From Acidobacteriota bacterium (lineage in GTDB: Bacteria > Acidobacteriota > CAIWXX01): 64,000 bases of DNA. The notes under the pieces are model-generated. The model worked only from the letters and a program-made list of their open reading frames with translations, was not told where the DNA came from and made no database searches. The stretch lies in the NCBI GenBank assembly GCA_040755995.1, contig JBFMAF010000035.1, positions 234,021 to 298,020 on the forward strand. The letters are read 5' to 3'. Position 1 is the first letter of the stretch. Each line of letters begins with the position of its first letter. The position numbers were made by a program, and so were the translations under genes. Below are positions 17,414 to 27,246 of the stretch, in pieces.

Positions 17414-20089
17414 CTACTCCTCCACCGGCGCGAAGCGGCCCTGGAAGAAGCGCAGGTGCGGCGGCTCGTAGACGAAGCGCAGGCCCTTGATCGTGTGGCG
17501 CCGCTCGTAGAGCCGGATGATCCCGTCGGCCGTCGCCCGCAAGTGATCCTCGCTGTAGACGCGCCGCGGGATCGTCAGGCGCACCAGCTCGAGCGACGGC
17601 CGGTAGTTCTTGCCGGTTTGCGCGTCACGGCCCTTTGAAACGTTGCCCCGCTCCATCACCCGCACGCCGGTCTCGATGTAGATCTCGGCCGCCAGTCGCT
17701 GCGCCGGGTACTCATCCTGGTCGATGTGCGGCAGGAAGCGCCTCGCATCGATGAAGATCGCGTGGCTGCCCGGAGGCATCACGATGGGGACGCCCTCATG
17801 GAGGAGCCTCCCGCCGAGATACGCGGCCTGTTCGACGCGCGATCTGATGTATCGATCATCCAGCATCTCCTTGACACCCAGAGCCATCGCGGCGAGCTCC
17901 GAGGCCGACAGCCCGCCGTCTCTCACGTTGCCCTCGTAGACCCGCAGCATCTCTTCGGCCTTCGCCTTCAGCTCCTCGTTCTCCTTGAACGCCAGGAGGC
18001 CGCCCATGTTGATCAGGAAGTCCTTCTTGCCCGAGACGGTGCAGCCGTCCCCGTAGAGCATCATCTCGCGGAGAATGTCGCGTATGCGGGTCTTGCGATA
18101 CCGGGGATCGCGCTTCTGAATGAAGTATGCGTTCTCCACAGCCCTTGTCGCATCGAACAGCACCGGGATCTCCTTCGAGCTGCAGTAGGTGTACACCTCT
18201 TTCATGTTGTCCATGCTGACCGGCTGGCCTCCGGCCATATTCACCGAGTGCTCGAAAGAGATGTAAGCCACCTTGCCGGCGCCATGCTTGTCCACGACGG
18301 CGCGCAGCTTGTCCATGTCGATGTTGCCCTTCCACGGGAAATCGTTCGTCGGATCGTGCGCCGCGTCCACGATGATGTCGATGAAGACACCTCCGGCCAT
18401 TTCCTGGTGGAGCTTCGTCGTGGTGAAGTACATGTTGCCTGGGACCAGCTGGCCGGGCTTGATCATGATCTGGCTAAGAATGTGCTCGGCCGCCCGCCCC
18501 TGGTGCGTCGGAACGACGTGCTCGTAGCCGTAGATGTCCTTGATCGCGGCCACGAAGTGCTGGTAGGCGTCGCTTGTGGCGGGAGTTGTCCGGGCGGCAT
18601 CGTGGGCGGCCCACTGGTCGGTGCTCATCGCCGAGGTTCCGGAATCCGTGAGCAGGTCGATGGATACATCGGCCGACCTCAGCAAGAACGTGTTGTAGCC
18701 CGCCTCGCGAACGGCCTTCTCCCGCTGGCTCCGATTGATCTGCGCGATCCTCTCGATCGTATGAATCAAGAACGGATTGCAGTCGAATTCGAACTCGTCC
18801 AGATCCGCGAAGATCGAGCGGAAACGGAGCTGGTCGTGCCACTTGCCGGTGCCCGCCGGATCGAGCCCGGCGACCTTGTCGCGCTGCCTGTAGACGTTGA
18901 TCACCGCGCGGGCGATCTGGTCGAGCTGCGCGTTGGTCAGCGCGAGCCGCGGCACCTGTATGGGCACAAGGCTGTCGCGCCCCACCAGGCCGGCGACGAG
19001 CGCGCGCACGCCCGAGGTCTGGTATAGAGCGCAGGCAAAGGCGTGCTGTGCGTAAGACCTGATTTGCGGCAGCACTTCGTCGGCCTTCACGTAGGCTCCG
19101 TCGCACCCGCGCTCGAGCGGTACGCCCGCTTCCTTCAACTTCGCCGTGAACCTCTCGGCCTGGTGCATGATCCAGTGCACCTCCGGCTCGATGCACATCT
19201 CGTCCAGCCCCCTGGCAAGCACCTCCATGGTCCTGCCCGACATGCCTCCGTAGGTGTGCAGCCCCTCGTATACGACCACCTCGTTGATGAACTTCTCGTG
19301 GTGGGCGGGATTGTCGGTGGCGATCAGCCCGCCGGTGCTGCACCTGGCATCCTGAGCGCCGTCGAACACAAGCACGTGCGCCGTCTTGGCGATCTGCTTG
19401 ACTATCTCCGCTATCGTCCGATGACCGTACGCAGGCTCGTGGCGCTGGACATACCAGGCGTTCTCCACGATCCTCGAAGCGTCCATGACCAGGCGCAGCC
19501 CGTGCCGGTCGGCGGCCGCGCGCACGGCCATCAGGTTCGCCATGCTGAACGGGTGCTGCCCATCGGCAAATGTCTGCATCCCCACGAACGCAACCCCGCC
19601 CTTCGAGAGCGTCGATTCCAGCCTGCGGACATCCACGTTGCCCGTGAACAGACTCTCCTCGTGGTCGCGAACGTCGATCACACTGATCCCACGAGGCGAC
19701 AGGTGGTCGATGCGCGTGAGCGCGTTGCTGGTGATGGCGGATCCCTTCGGCAGCATGGTCGAGGCCACGAGCTTCACGCTGCCGGTCAGATTGTGCGTCG
19801 GGCAAACGTACGTGTGCCCGAACACCCTCGTGACTACGTGCTGCAGCGTCTCGAAGTTGCGCGCGCCCGCATACGCCTCGTCGCCGATCAACTGTCCCGC
19901 CAGCTGCTCCTGGCTGTAGGCGCCGGTGCCGGTCGAGCACATGTCGAAGCTGACCTGCGACGGCGTCAGGTTGAATACGTTGAAGTGCGCGCTCGCCAGG
20001 TGCTTCTTCCGCTCTTCGAGCGCAGGGAACGCGATCAGACGGACCGTCTTTATCTTGTGAGGTTCGTGCAGAGGGATCCTGTTGCTCAT
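17414..20089 (-). CDS. Tandem-duplicated tyrosine phenol-lyase/tryptophanase-family PLP beta-eliminating lyase (891 aa)
   Basis: Two full lyase-length halves. C-half has DLLTDSGT, PTHQGR, GNMYFTTT, SGKKD, MERG, LRFF; N-half has GDEAYAG and YEGLHTYGG. Confidence 0.92.
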   Translation of the reverse strand: MSNRIPLHEPHKIKTVRLIAFPALEERKKHLASAHFNVFNLTPSQVSFDMCSTGTGAYSQEQLAGQLIGDEAYAGARNFETLQHVVTRVFGHTYVCPTHNLTGSVKLVASTMLPKGSAITSNALTRIDHLSPRGISVIDVRDHEESLFTGNVDVRRLESTLSKGGVAFVGMQTFADGQHPFSMANLMAVRAAADRHGLRLVMDASRIVENAWYVQRHEPAYGHRTIAEIVKQIAKTAHVLVFDGAQDARCSTGGLIATDNPAHHEKFINEVVVYEGLHTYGGMSGRTMEVLARGLDEMCIEPEVHWIMHQAERFTAKLKEAGVPLERGCDGAYVKADEVLPQIRSYAQHAFACALYQTSGVRALVAGLVGRDSLVPIQVPRLALTNAQLDQIARAVINVYRQRDKVAGLDPAGTGKWHDQLRFRSIFADLDEFEFDCNPFLIHTIERIAQINRSQREKAVREAGYNTFLLRSADVSIDLLTDSGTSAMSTDQWAAHDAARTTPATSDAYQHFVAAIKDIYGYEHVVPTHQGRAAEHILSQIMIKPGQLVPGNMYFTTTKLHQEMAGGVFIDIIVDAAHDPTNDFPWKGNIDMDKLRAVVDKHGAGKVAYISFEHSVNMAGGQPVSMDNMKEVYTYCSSKEIPVLFDATRAVENAYFIQKRDPRYRKTRIRDILREMMLYGDGCTVSGKKDFLINMGGLLAFKENEELKAKAEEMLRVYEGNVRDGGLSASELAAMALGVKEMLDDRYIRSRVEQAAYLGGRLLHEGVPIVMPPGSHAIFIDARRFLPHIDQDEYPAQRLAAEIYIETGVRVMERGNVSKGRDAQTGKNYRPSLELVRLTIPRRVYSEDHLRATADGIIRLYERRHTIKGLRFVYEPPHLRFFQGRFAPVEE

Positions 20090-20102
20090 TTCTGTCTCCC
20101 TT

Positions 20103-20150
20103 CCTGAGACTCAGGCGGAATACTATAGACCGGCGCAGCAAGGTGGTCAA
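20103..20150 (-). promoter_or_regulatory. Sigma-70 promoter and candidate operator of the tandem lyase
   Basis: TTGACC (20150-20145)-N17-TATAGT (20127-20122); palindrome CCTGA-N3-TCAGG at 20103-20115. Confidence 0.6.
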
Positions 20151-20195
20151 ACCCGGCGAGGCGCTCCTGTCGTAGTGAGTGCAGAGCGGGCGGGC

Positions 20196-20678
20196 CTACG
20201 CCCGGCGGCCGGGCCGGATGGTGCCGCCGGCGGGCTCGTCATCTGCCAGCTGCTTCCGAACTCCCGCCAGGAGCTTTCGATCCGAGAGGTCGGCCAGAGA
20301 GAACTCGGCTAGGACATTCCTGATCCGCTTGTTGATCAGCGACCAGATAAGCCGGCATTCACACGAATCGCTCAACATACAAAGATCCGGATCGCCCACG
20401 CACTCGACAATACTGATCTGGCCGATCGAGGCCTCGACGATCTCTCCGATCTTGATCTTCTGCGGCTCACGAGCGAGGAAATACCCGCCGCCGCGCCCGC
20501 TTACTGCCCTGATGAGCCCCCTGTTCTTCAGGGCGATGACAAGCTGCTCGAGGTACTTGTTCGAAATCCTGGTACGTTCAGAGATCTCCTTCAGGCTGAC
20601 TGGCAGGCCGTCCTCTTGGTGCCTGGACATGTCGAGCATCATTCTCAGGGCGTATCGCGCGCGGGTCGAGAGTTTCAT
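20196..20678 (-). CDS. Rrf2-family transcriptional regulator
   Basis: MKLSTRARYALR, SNKYLEQL, GRGGGYFLAR; Cys cluster ECVGDPDLCMLSDSCEC. Confidence 0.93.
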   Translation of the reverse strand: MKLSTRARYALRMMLDMSRHQEDGLPVSLKEISERTRISNKYLEQLVIALKNRGLIRAVSGRGGGYFLAREPQKIKIGEIVEASIGQISIVECVGDPDLCMLSDSCECRLIWSLINKRIRNVLAEFSLADLSDRKLLAGVRKQLADDEPAGGTIRPGRRA

Positions 20679-20728
20679 ACGGACATATATTGGCCTGAGA
20701 CGCCTTGCTAATCAAGTGAGAGTGAGAG

Positions 20729-21811
20729 TCAGACAGGGCGCCCGGCCTTCCGGCGTGCAGCTACCGCACGAACAACCTCGATCAAGAGTGTAAGCATGGT
20801 CAACGGAAGCACCACCGAAGCGGTCAGGTCCGCGATGAGCCCCAGCCGAGCGTGCCCGGTGGCGTAGCGCACGACGTAAGCAGAATAGAGGAGGTAGTAG
20901 CCGAGAAAAAGCGCGCCTTCCCACCGCGCGAACAGGCGCCCGGTTATCATGAACGGCAGGCAGATGAGTGAAACGCCGAGCAGCACGGGAAGATCGAACT
21001 GCAGGAGCTGCGGGCCGATCCGCAGACCTCCAGGCACGACCGCCGCGGACAAGCCGAGGATGGCCAGGATGTTGCTGATGTTGCTTCCGATCACGTTCCC
21101 GATGGCGATGTCGCGCTGGCCGCGGATCGTCGCCACGACCGAGGTGGCGACCTCCGGGAGCGAAGTTCCCGCGGCCACCACGGTAAGCCCTATGATCAGG
21201 TCGCTGACGCCGACGGCCCGCGCGATTTCAACGGCGCTTCCTACCAACCACCGGGCGCCCAGCACCATGAGCGCGAGGCCGGCCGCCACCAGCCCCGAGC
21301 CCAGAAGCCAGCCGGCCCCTCTCCGTAGACGACCGCTCTCTGCATCCTTCCCAGGTCCCTCGCGCCTTCGTCCGGCACGAATGCAGAGCAGTGAGTATGC
21401 GCCGGCGCCGCAGGCCAGCAGCAAGCCTTCGAGGCGGCTGATACGGCCGTCGAGCGAGATGCATATCAGGAGTACTGTCGCCGCGATCATGATCGGAACG
21501 TCGCGCCGGAGAAGCTGTGGGGTCACAACGAGAGGCGAAATGGTCGCGCACAGTCCCAGGATCAGAAGCGTGTTGAAGAGGTTGCTCCCGACCACGTTCG
21601 CGACCGCGATGTCGGGGTTGCCGCGGATCGCGGCCAGGACGCTCACCAGCATCTCGGGAGCGCTTGTTCCGTAAGCGACCACCGTCAGGCCGATCACGAG
21701 CGATGAGATGCCCAGGCGCACTGCCAGCCGCGAGGCGCCACGGACAAGCGCATCCGCGCCAGCCGCGAGCAGAGCGAGGCTGAGCGCGAGAATCAGCCCC
21801 TGCATCCACAT
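20729..21811 (-). CDS. Ca2+/Na+ antiporter (YrbG family)
   Basis: Two alpha repeats: GTSAPE...GSN and GTSLPE...GSN. Confidence 0.92.
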   Translation of the reverse strand: MWMQGLILALSLALLAAGADALVRGASRLAVRLGISSLVIGLTVVAYGTSAPEMLVSVLAAIRGNPDIAVANVVGSNLFNTLLILGLCATISPLVVTPQLLRRDVPIMIAATVLLICISLDGRISRLEGLLLACGAGAYSLLCIRAGRRREGPGKDAESGRLRRGAGWLLGSGLVAAGLALMVLGARWLVGSAVEIARAVGVSDLIIGLTVVAAGTSLPEVATSVVATIRGQRDIAIGNVIGSNISNILAILGLSAAVVPGGLRIGPQLLQFDLPVLLGVSLICLPFMITGRLFARWEGALFLGYYLLYSAYVVRYATGHARLGLIADLTASVVLPLTMLTLLIEVVRAVAARRKAGRPV

Positions 21812-21973
21812 CGCTCACCCACCTGTGGTGGCACATGATACTACACCTCTCAGCGAGGCGCGGCCTCGAAGGCCAGTCCGGTCGCGCTTCGCCTGCAGAA
21901 TTCCCAGCTCCCGTGTCTCTTGGAAATCGGCGGCAGGCCTGTGCTATCCTGCCGGAGGAGAAACTTTTCGCTG

Positions 21974-24037
21974 ATGAAGAGGCTGGCTCCGTTGATCGTG
22001 CCGCTGCTCTGGGCTTCCGGCCTCCTCTTTTCCGACGAGAAGCTGCTCCCCAAGCACCAGGAGTGGATCGAGGACGTTTCTCCGATAATCACGAAGACGG
22101 AACGGGATGTCTTCGCTGCGCTGCGCACGTCCGCCGAGCGCGACAAGTTCATTCTCCTCTTCTGGCGCGCTCGTGATCCGCTGCCCGACACATCTCAGAA
22201 CGAGTTCGAGAAGGAGTACAGAGAAAGGCTTTGGTTCGCCGACCAGACCTTCGGGCATGACTCGCCGAAGCGGGGCAGCCGGACTGATCGAGGCTTCTAC
22301 TATCTTCTGCTCGGGCCGCCCATCGAGCGGCGTCTGTTTACGACGCAGTCGGACATGTGGCCGCTGGAGCTCTGGTTCTACAAGGGCCCTGGCCAGTACG
22401 GCCTGCCGCCCTTCTTCTACCTCGTCTTCTACCAGCCGCAGGGCATCGGCGATTACAGGCTCTACTACCCCGGCATCGACGGTCCGGAGAAGCTCGTCTC
22501 GTCGCGCATGTCGGTCAATCCCGGCCAGCGGGGTGTCGCGCTTCAGATACTGAAGAGGACGAGCTCGGAGCTCGCGGGCGCCTCGCTCAGCTACATCCCG
22601 GGCGAGCAGCCCGGCGGGCTCGGCAGCCCTTCCTCGGCCAGCCTCCTGGCTTCCATCAAACAGCTGCCGGAGAAGCAGTACTCGGCCGGCTATGCGCGTT
22701 CCTACCTGTCGCTAAAGGATCACGTGGAGGCGGACTACCTTACGAACTACCTCAACAGCTCCTTCCAGGTGAAGATCTTCAGGCAGGGCGGCCAGCCGTT
22801 CATCCACTGGACGATCGAGCCGGAGAAGATGAACTTCGGAACGCGTGGGGACGATATCTATGCCAGCTTCGAGCTGGTTATAAGGCTGGAGGATGCGCAA
22901 GGGTCGCCGATTTTGGAAAAATCTGAGGAGATACCGCTTCATCTGACCGCCGAGCAATTCAAGAGCCATGAGCGCCAGAGGTTCGCCTTCCAGGACGTGC
23001 TCGCCGTGATCCCGGGCGAGCATCGCGCCGTGCTCCTGCTGAAGAACAAGACGGCCCGCGATTTCTCTTCATTCGAGACTGGCCTTTCCGTGCCGGGCGG
23101 CGGCGAGGCCCGGCTCAGCGCGCCGCTGCTTTTTCACGGACGAGACGCCGTGCCCGAGTCGCAGAAGTCGAAGCCGAAGGCCTTTGTTGTCGACGGCGTT
23201 TCGTATTTCGTCGATGCGCGCAACGAATTCATGCCGGCCGAGACGATCGGCGTCCTCGTTCAGGCGTGGAACTTCGAGCGCCTGGGACTCAGTGCGAGTC
23301 CTTCAGCGGTGCTTGAGATCGTGTCGCTTGACGATGGAAAGACATTGGCCACCCTGCCTCTGTCTTCTACCAGCTCTACAGATGATACGCGTGCGAACGG
23401 TCTGACACTCGTGGCGACCTACTCGTTGGCAGATGTCAAACCGGGGTACTACCGGGTGGAGGTGTCGGCAGTCGGGCCGGACGGTAAGAGGCTCCTGACG
23501 GAGAAAGAGAGCTTCACTGTGCTCGCCAGGCAGCATCCGACGGTGCCGTGGGTTTACGCGCGGTTGCATGAGCCGTTCCCCGGTCCGGAGCATCTGATGA
23601 TGCTGGGAGCCGAGTACTTCGCGGCGAGGGATTACGGCAGCGCGCGGGATGCGCTGAGCAAGGCGCTGCAGGCGCAGGACGACCCCGCTGCCCGACTGCT
23701 CCTGGCCAAGTCCCTGTACGGGCAGGGCAGCTATAGGGAATCCCTGGACCAGGCCATTCCTCTTTACCAGCGGAAGCCGGAGCCGGAGACGGCCAAGCTC
23801 ATCGCTCTCGATTTCGCGGCTCTCCACGACTGGGCTTCATCCGTCGAGTATCTCGAGAAGCTCATGGGCGAGACCACCGAAATCGGCGTGCTCAACCTGG
23901 CCGCCGAGTGCTATCTCAACCTCGGCTATCCCGAAAAGGCGCTGCCCCTCGTCCAGAAATCGCTTGCACTTCTCCCCAACCAGCCGTCGATGAAGGAAAT
24001 CGAGGCCCAGGCGAGGAAGCGCCTGGGACGGGAGTAG
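21974..24037 (+). CDS. GWxTD-domain protein with C-terminal TPR repeats
   Basis: Signal peptide; FWRARDP, NEFEKEY and GSRTDRG (GWxTD variant); TPR-like helices at the C-terminus. Confidence 0.82.
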   Translation: MKRLAPLIVPLLWASGLLFSDEKLLPKHQEWIEDVSPIITKTERDVFAALRTSAERDKFILLFWRARDPLPDTSQNEFEKEYRERLWFADQTFGHDSPKRGSRTDRGFYYLLLGPPIERRLFTTQSDMWPLELWFYKGPGQYGLPPFFYLVFYQPQGIGDYRLYYPGIDGPEKLVSSRMSVNPGQRGVALQILKRTSSELAGASLSYIPGEQPGGLGSPSSASLLASIKQLPEKQYSAGYARSYLSLKDHVEADYLTNYLNSSFQVKIFRQGGQPFIHWTIEPEKMNFGTRGDDIYASFELVIRLEDAQGSPILEKSEEIPLHLTAEQFKSHERQRFAFQDVLAVIPGEHRAVLLLKNKTARDFSSFETGLSVPGGGEARLSAPLLFHGRDAVPESQKSKPKAFVVDGVSYFVDARNEFMPAETIGVLVQAWNFERLGLSASPSAVLEIVSLDDGKTLATLPLSSTSSTDDTRANGLTLVATYSLADVKPGYYRVEVSAVGPDGKRLLTEKESFTVLARQHPTVPWVYARLHEPFPGPEHLMMLGAEYFAARDYGSARDALSKALQAQDDPAARLLLAKSLYGQGSYRESLDQAIPLYQRKPEPETAKLIALDFAALHDWASSVEYLEKLMGETTEIGVLNLAAECYLNLGYPEKALPLVQKSLALLPNQPSMKEIEAQARKRLGRE

Positions 24038-24067
24038 CGTTTCAGATTCACCGAATGGCGCCGAGCG

Positions 24068-25372
24068 TCATCGCTTCACCGCCTTGAGCGTCTCGCGGAA
24101 GACATCCAGAGTCGTATCGACGTCAGCCTCGGAGTGAGCGAGGCACATGAACCACGGCTCGCGCGGGTCGTGGTCGGTCATCACTCCGCGCTCTACCATC
24201 GCTTTGACCAGCGCCAGGAAGTACTGCTTGTCGCTCCGATTCCACGACCGTTGGTCTGTGACCTTCTCGACTCCGACGGCATACGAGAACATGGACGGGA
24301 ATCCGTTCATGCAGAAGGGGATGCTCATTTCGGCAAAAATTCGGCAGATCCCGTCCATGAGGCGCCGGCCGCGCTTCTCGATAGTCTTGAGCACCGGTTC
24401 GCGCTCGAGCACCGTGAGAGTGGCCCAGGCCGCGGCCACACCGGGCTTGTTGTTGGTGAATGTCCCGCCCTGAGCGACGCCGTGCCCGACGAGTGACATG
24501 ATTTCTTTCTTGCCGGCGAAGGCCGCCAGCGGGTAGCCGTTCGCCAGGGCCTTCGCGTAGGTGGCCATGTCAGGCTTGATGCCGTAGTACTCTTGGGCTC
24601 CGCCGTTGGCGATGCGGAAGCCGGTCTTGACCTCGTCGAGGATGAAGACGATTCCGTACTTGTCGCACTGGCTGCGAATGAAATGGAGGAAGCCGTCCTG
24701 CGGCAGTATTGCGCCGCAATTGCCCATGCACGGCTCGGTGATGATGGCCGCCACCTGCTCGCCGGCGGACCTCAGCGTCTGCTCCAGGATTTCAGGTTCG
24801 TTGAACGGCAGCGTGATGATGAGCTCGTTCAGCGCCCGCGGGATTCCGGAGCTTGCCGGAACCGCGATCGGGTTTCGCGGATGGCCGTACGCTTCCGCCG
24901 GGGCGTAGGTCGACCACAGAGTGTAGTCCTGCATGCCGTGGTAGCACCCCTCGAACTTGACGATCTTCTCGCGACCCGTGAAGGCCCGCGCTACTCGGAT
25001 CGCGTGCATGGTCGCTTCGGTGCCGGAGCAGGCGAAGCGCACCATCTCGATTGCGGGACACATCCGGATCATCTTCTCGACCACCTCGATCTCGAGCTCG
25101 TACGTCATGGCCGCCATCGAGCCGTTGTCGATTTCCTCCTTGACCTTGGCATTGACCTCGTCGTCGGCATGACCCAGAATGATCGGGCCGAACGCCAGGC
25201 GGTAGTCAATGTACCTGTTCCCGTCTGCGTCCCAGAGATAGGCTCCTTTCGCCTTCTTCATGTAGGGCGTCACCCCCTCGCCCCAGTAACGGAAGTTCGA
25301 ATTGACGCCTAGCGGCATGACCTTGGATGCTCTCTGTTGAAGCGCTCTGTTCTCTTCCCAACGGATTTTCAT
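24068..25372 (-). CDS. Class III PLP aminotransferase (glutamate-1-semialdehyde aminomutase-like)
   Basis: DADGNRYIDY, SGTEA, FEGCYHG, LDEVKTGFR, YAKALANGYP. Confidence 0.88.
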   Translation of the reverse strand: MKIRWEENRALQQRASKVMPLGVNSNFRYWGEGVTPYMKKAKGAYLWDADGNRYIDYRLAFGPIILGHADDEVNAKVKEEIDNGSMAAMTYELEIEVVEKMIRMCPAIEMVRFACSGTEATMHAIRVARAFTGREKIVKFEGCYHGMQDYTLWSTYAPAEAYGHPRNPIAVPASSGIPRALNELIITLPFNEPEILEQTLRSAGEQVAAIITEPCMGNCGAILPQDGFLHFIRSQCDKYGIVFILDEVKTGFRIANGGAQEYYGIKPDMATYAKALANGYPLAAFAGKKEIMSLVGHGVAQGGTFTNNKPGVAAAWATLTVLEREPVLKTIEKRGRRLMDGICRIFAEMSIPFCMNGFPSMFSYAVGVEKVTDQRSWNRSDKQYFLALVKAMVERGVMTDHDPREPWFMCLAHSEADVDTTLDVFRETLKAVKR

Positions 25373-25391
25373 GCTAGATACCTCTCAGTCG

Positions 25392-25886
25392 TTAGTCGGT
25401 CCGGCCGGCGTTGCGTGCCTGCACAGTGCTGCCGGGAATGGACCACTGGTAAACGTCCTTCAGGACGATCGGCACAATGGATATGGTCGTCTTTCGCACG
25501 CCGGGTATCTTCCCGATCGTTCCGGTTACGAAGCTGTATATCTCAGCGGTGTCCTTTCCCACGACCTGGATCGAGATGTCCATCGCACCGATGGAACAAG
25601 CTACGTAGGAGACGCATTCGTATTCTGTCGCCTTCCGCGCCACGTCCATCACCGCGCTGGACTCGACCTCCAGCAGTATGTCCGCCCGCGTCGTCAGGTC
25701 GAATGCCTGAGGACTGACGATCGGGCGAATCTGGATCACGCCATCCGCGACCATTCGCTCGATCCGGTATCGCACCACACGCTCGCTGATGCCTCCGATC
25801 CGGCGCGCGATCTCAGCCGCCCGCATGCGGCCGTCTTCCATGAGCAGCTCCACGGTCAGGCGGTCGATCTTGTCGATTTCATACAT
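25392..25886 (-). CDS. Lrp/AsnC-family regulator
   Basis: DKIDR...DGR...AEIARRIG HTH plus C-terminal RAM-like domain (IPGVRKT). Confidence 0.9.
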   Translation of the reverse strand: MYEIDKIDRLTVELLMEDGRMRAAEIARRIGGISERVVRYRIERMVADGVIQIRPIVSPQAFDLTTRADILLEVESSAVMDVARKATEYECVSYVACSIGAMDISIQVVGKDTAEIYSFVTGTIGKIPGVRKTTISIVPIVLKDVYQWSIPGSTVQARNAGRTD

Positions 25887-26007
25887 GATTCAATCCACAT
25901 ACGTCGATTAGCGACATGATTCTTGTATCATAACGTCCTTTCGGACGCAAGTCGAGTGGTCCAGGCGAGCAGGCGTGTAGGGCAGCTCTGCGCGCGGCGT
26001 TTCGAGA

Positions 26008-27246
26008 TCAGTTGATCTGCGTCTCGAACCTGCGGGTGACGCGCAGGTTGCGGCGCCCCAGCTCGGCGACGAACTCATCGCGCACGCCGCGGTCCAGGAT
26101 CTCCGGCGCGACGACACCTTTGTCCTTGATCCTCCCCTTGACCACGAGCTCGGCGTAGATCGCGGCGGGCGTGCTCGTTCCGTACGACACGCAGGTCGCT
26201 CCGGGAATCCGCCCGTTGACCCACTTGATGTCGGGCGGGAAGACGTAGTACGTGATGCTCGCCGGCTTCCCGCCCTTTTCGCCGATGCAGTCTACGGCCA
26301 CCACACCGTGATCGGTGATCTCGCCGGCCAGGGCGAGCCTGGCCAGCTCGTCGGCCGGAGGGTTGGGCGGCAAGGTGGCGACGTACACATCAATCGGCCT
26401 GACCTTGGTGCCGTCTTTCAGCGTCACCGGGTGTTTGCTCACTAGGCCTGAGCTCACCAGGGCGAGCTCGGCGTCGATGCCTGCTTCAGGTCCCCCCATC
26501 TTGAAGTCGACGTAGCGCAGCCCCTTGTCGCCGAACTTCCGCGGAAGCAGGCGCGGCAGCGTGCTGACCTCCTCATGGTCGTGGCAGATCACTGTGCCCA
26601 GGCCGAACGGCTTTGGGAACATGTATTTCTCGCGACGGCCATAGATCTCGACGCGCTTGAACTCGCCGTCCTCGTAGAGCAGCGGCGGTTGCGCACAATC
26701 CGTGAGGTAGGTTTCCTGCGACCAGACCTGCAGCGGCACCGGCGACTCGAAGATGGAAAAGTCCTTGATGCGGATCTCGTAGCACCTGTCGAGGTCCTCG
26801 TAGCCGTTGGCTGCGAAGGTGTTCGTGACGCCCGGGTCCATCCCTGTGCTCAACAGCGCACTGAGCCCGGCCGCGCGGAAGTCCCCGTCGAGCTCCAGCT
26901 GCTCCAGAAAGACCTCGTCGATCGTCTTGGTTGCGGTCTGGCCTGAAGCCATGTCCTGGTAGTCCACCCCGGCCCTGAGGCAAGCCCTCATGATGGCCAC
27001 GTTGAACTCGGGCGTGACGGCGTTCACAACGAGTTTGGCGCCGCCGGCGGCCCTGGCCACTGCGTCCTGATCGCCGGCGTCGATTCTCATCGCCCTGGCC
27101 TTGCCGTTGCCGGCCTGGCCGGCTACGAAGCGCGCCCGGGACTCGTTGGAGTCGGCGACGATGATTTGGGTGATCCCGGGGCAGCGTCCGAAGTTCCAGG
27201 TGAGCACCTGGCCCTGCATGCCGGCTCCTACGACGAGGACTCTCAT
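26008..27246 (-). CDS. Saccharopine-dehydrogenase-family NAD(P) oxidoreductase
   Basis: VLVVGAGMQG Rossmann motif; DYQDMA; GMDPGVTN; HEEV; GVVAPE. Confidence 0.85.
   Translation of the reverse strand: MRVLVVGAGMQGQVLTWNFGRCPGITQIIVADSNESRARFVAGQAGNGKARAMRIDAGDQDAVARAAGGAKLVVNAVTPEFNVAIMRACLRAGVDYQDMASGQTATKTIDEVFLEQLELDGDFRAAGLSALLSTGMDPGVTNTFAANGYEDLDRCYEIRIKDFSIFESPVPLQVWSQETYLTDCAQPPLLYEDGEFKRVEIYGRREKYMFPKPFGLGTVICHDHEEVSTLPRLLPRKFGDKGLRYVDFKMGGPEAGIDAELALVSSGLVSKHPVTLKDGTKVRPIDVYVATLPPNPPADELARLALAGEITDHGVVAVDCIGEKGGKPASITYYVFPPDIKWVNGRIPGATCVSYGTSTPAAIYAELVVKGRIKDKGVVAPEILDRGVRDEFVAELGRRNLRVTRRFETQIN

Noticed and set aside
17726..20150. Long alternative-frame and antisense ORFs over the lyase (433, 558 and 354 aa)
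   Set aside because: They overlap a well-supported gene and have low-complexity composition.
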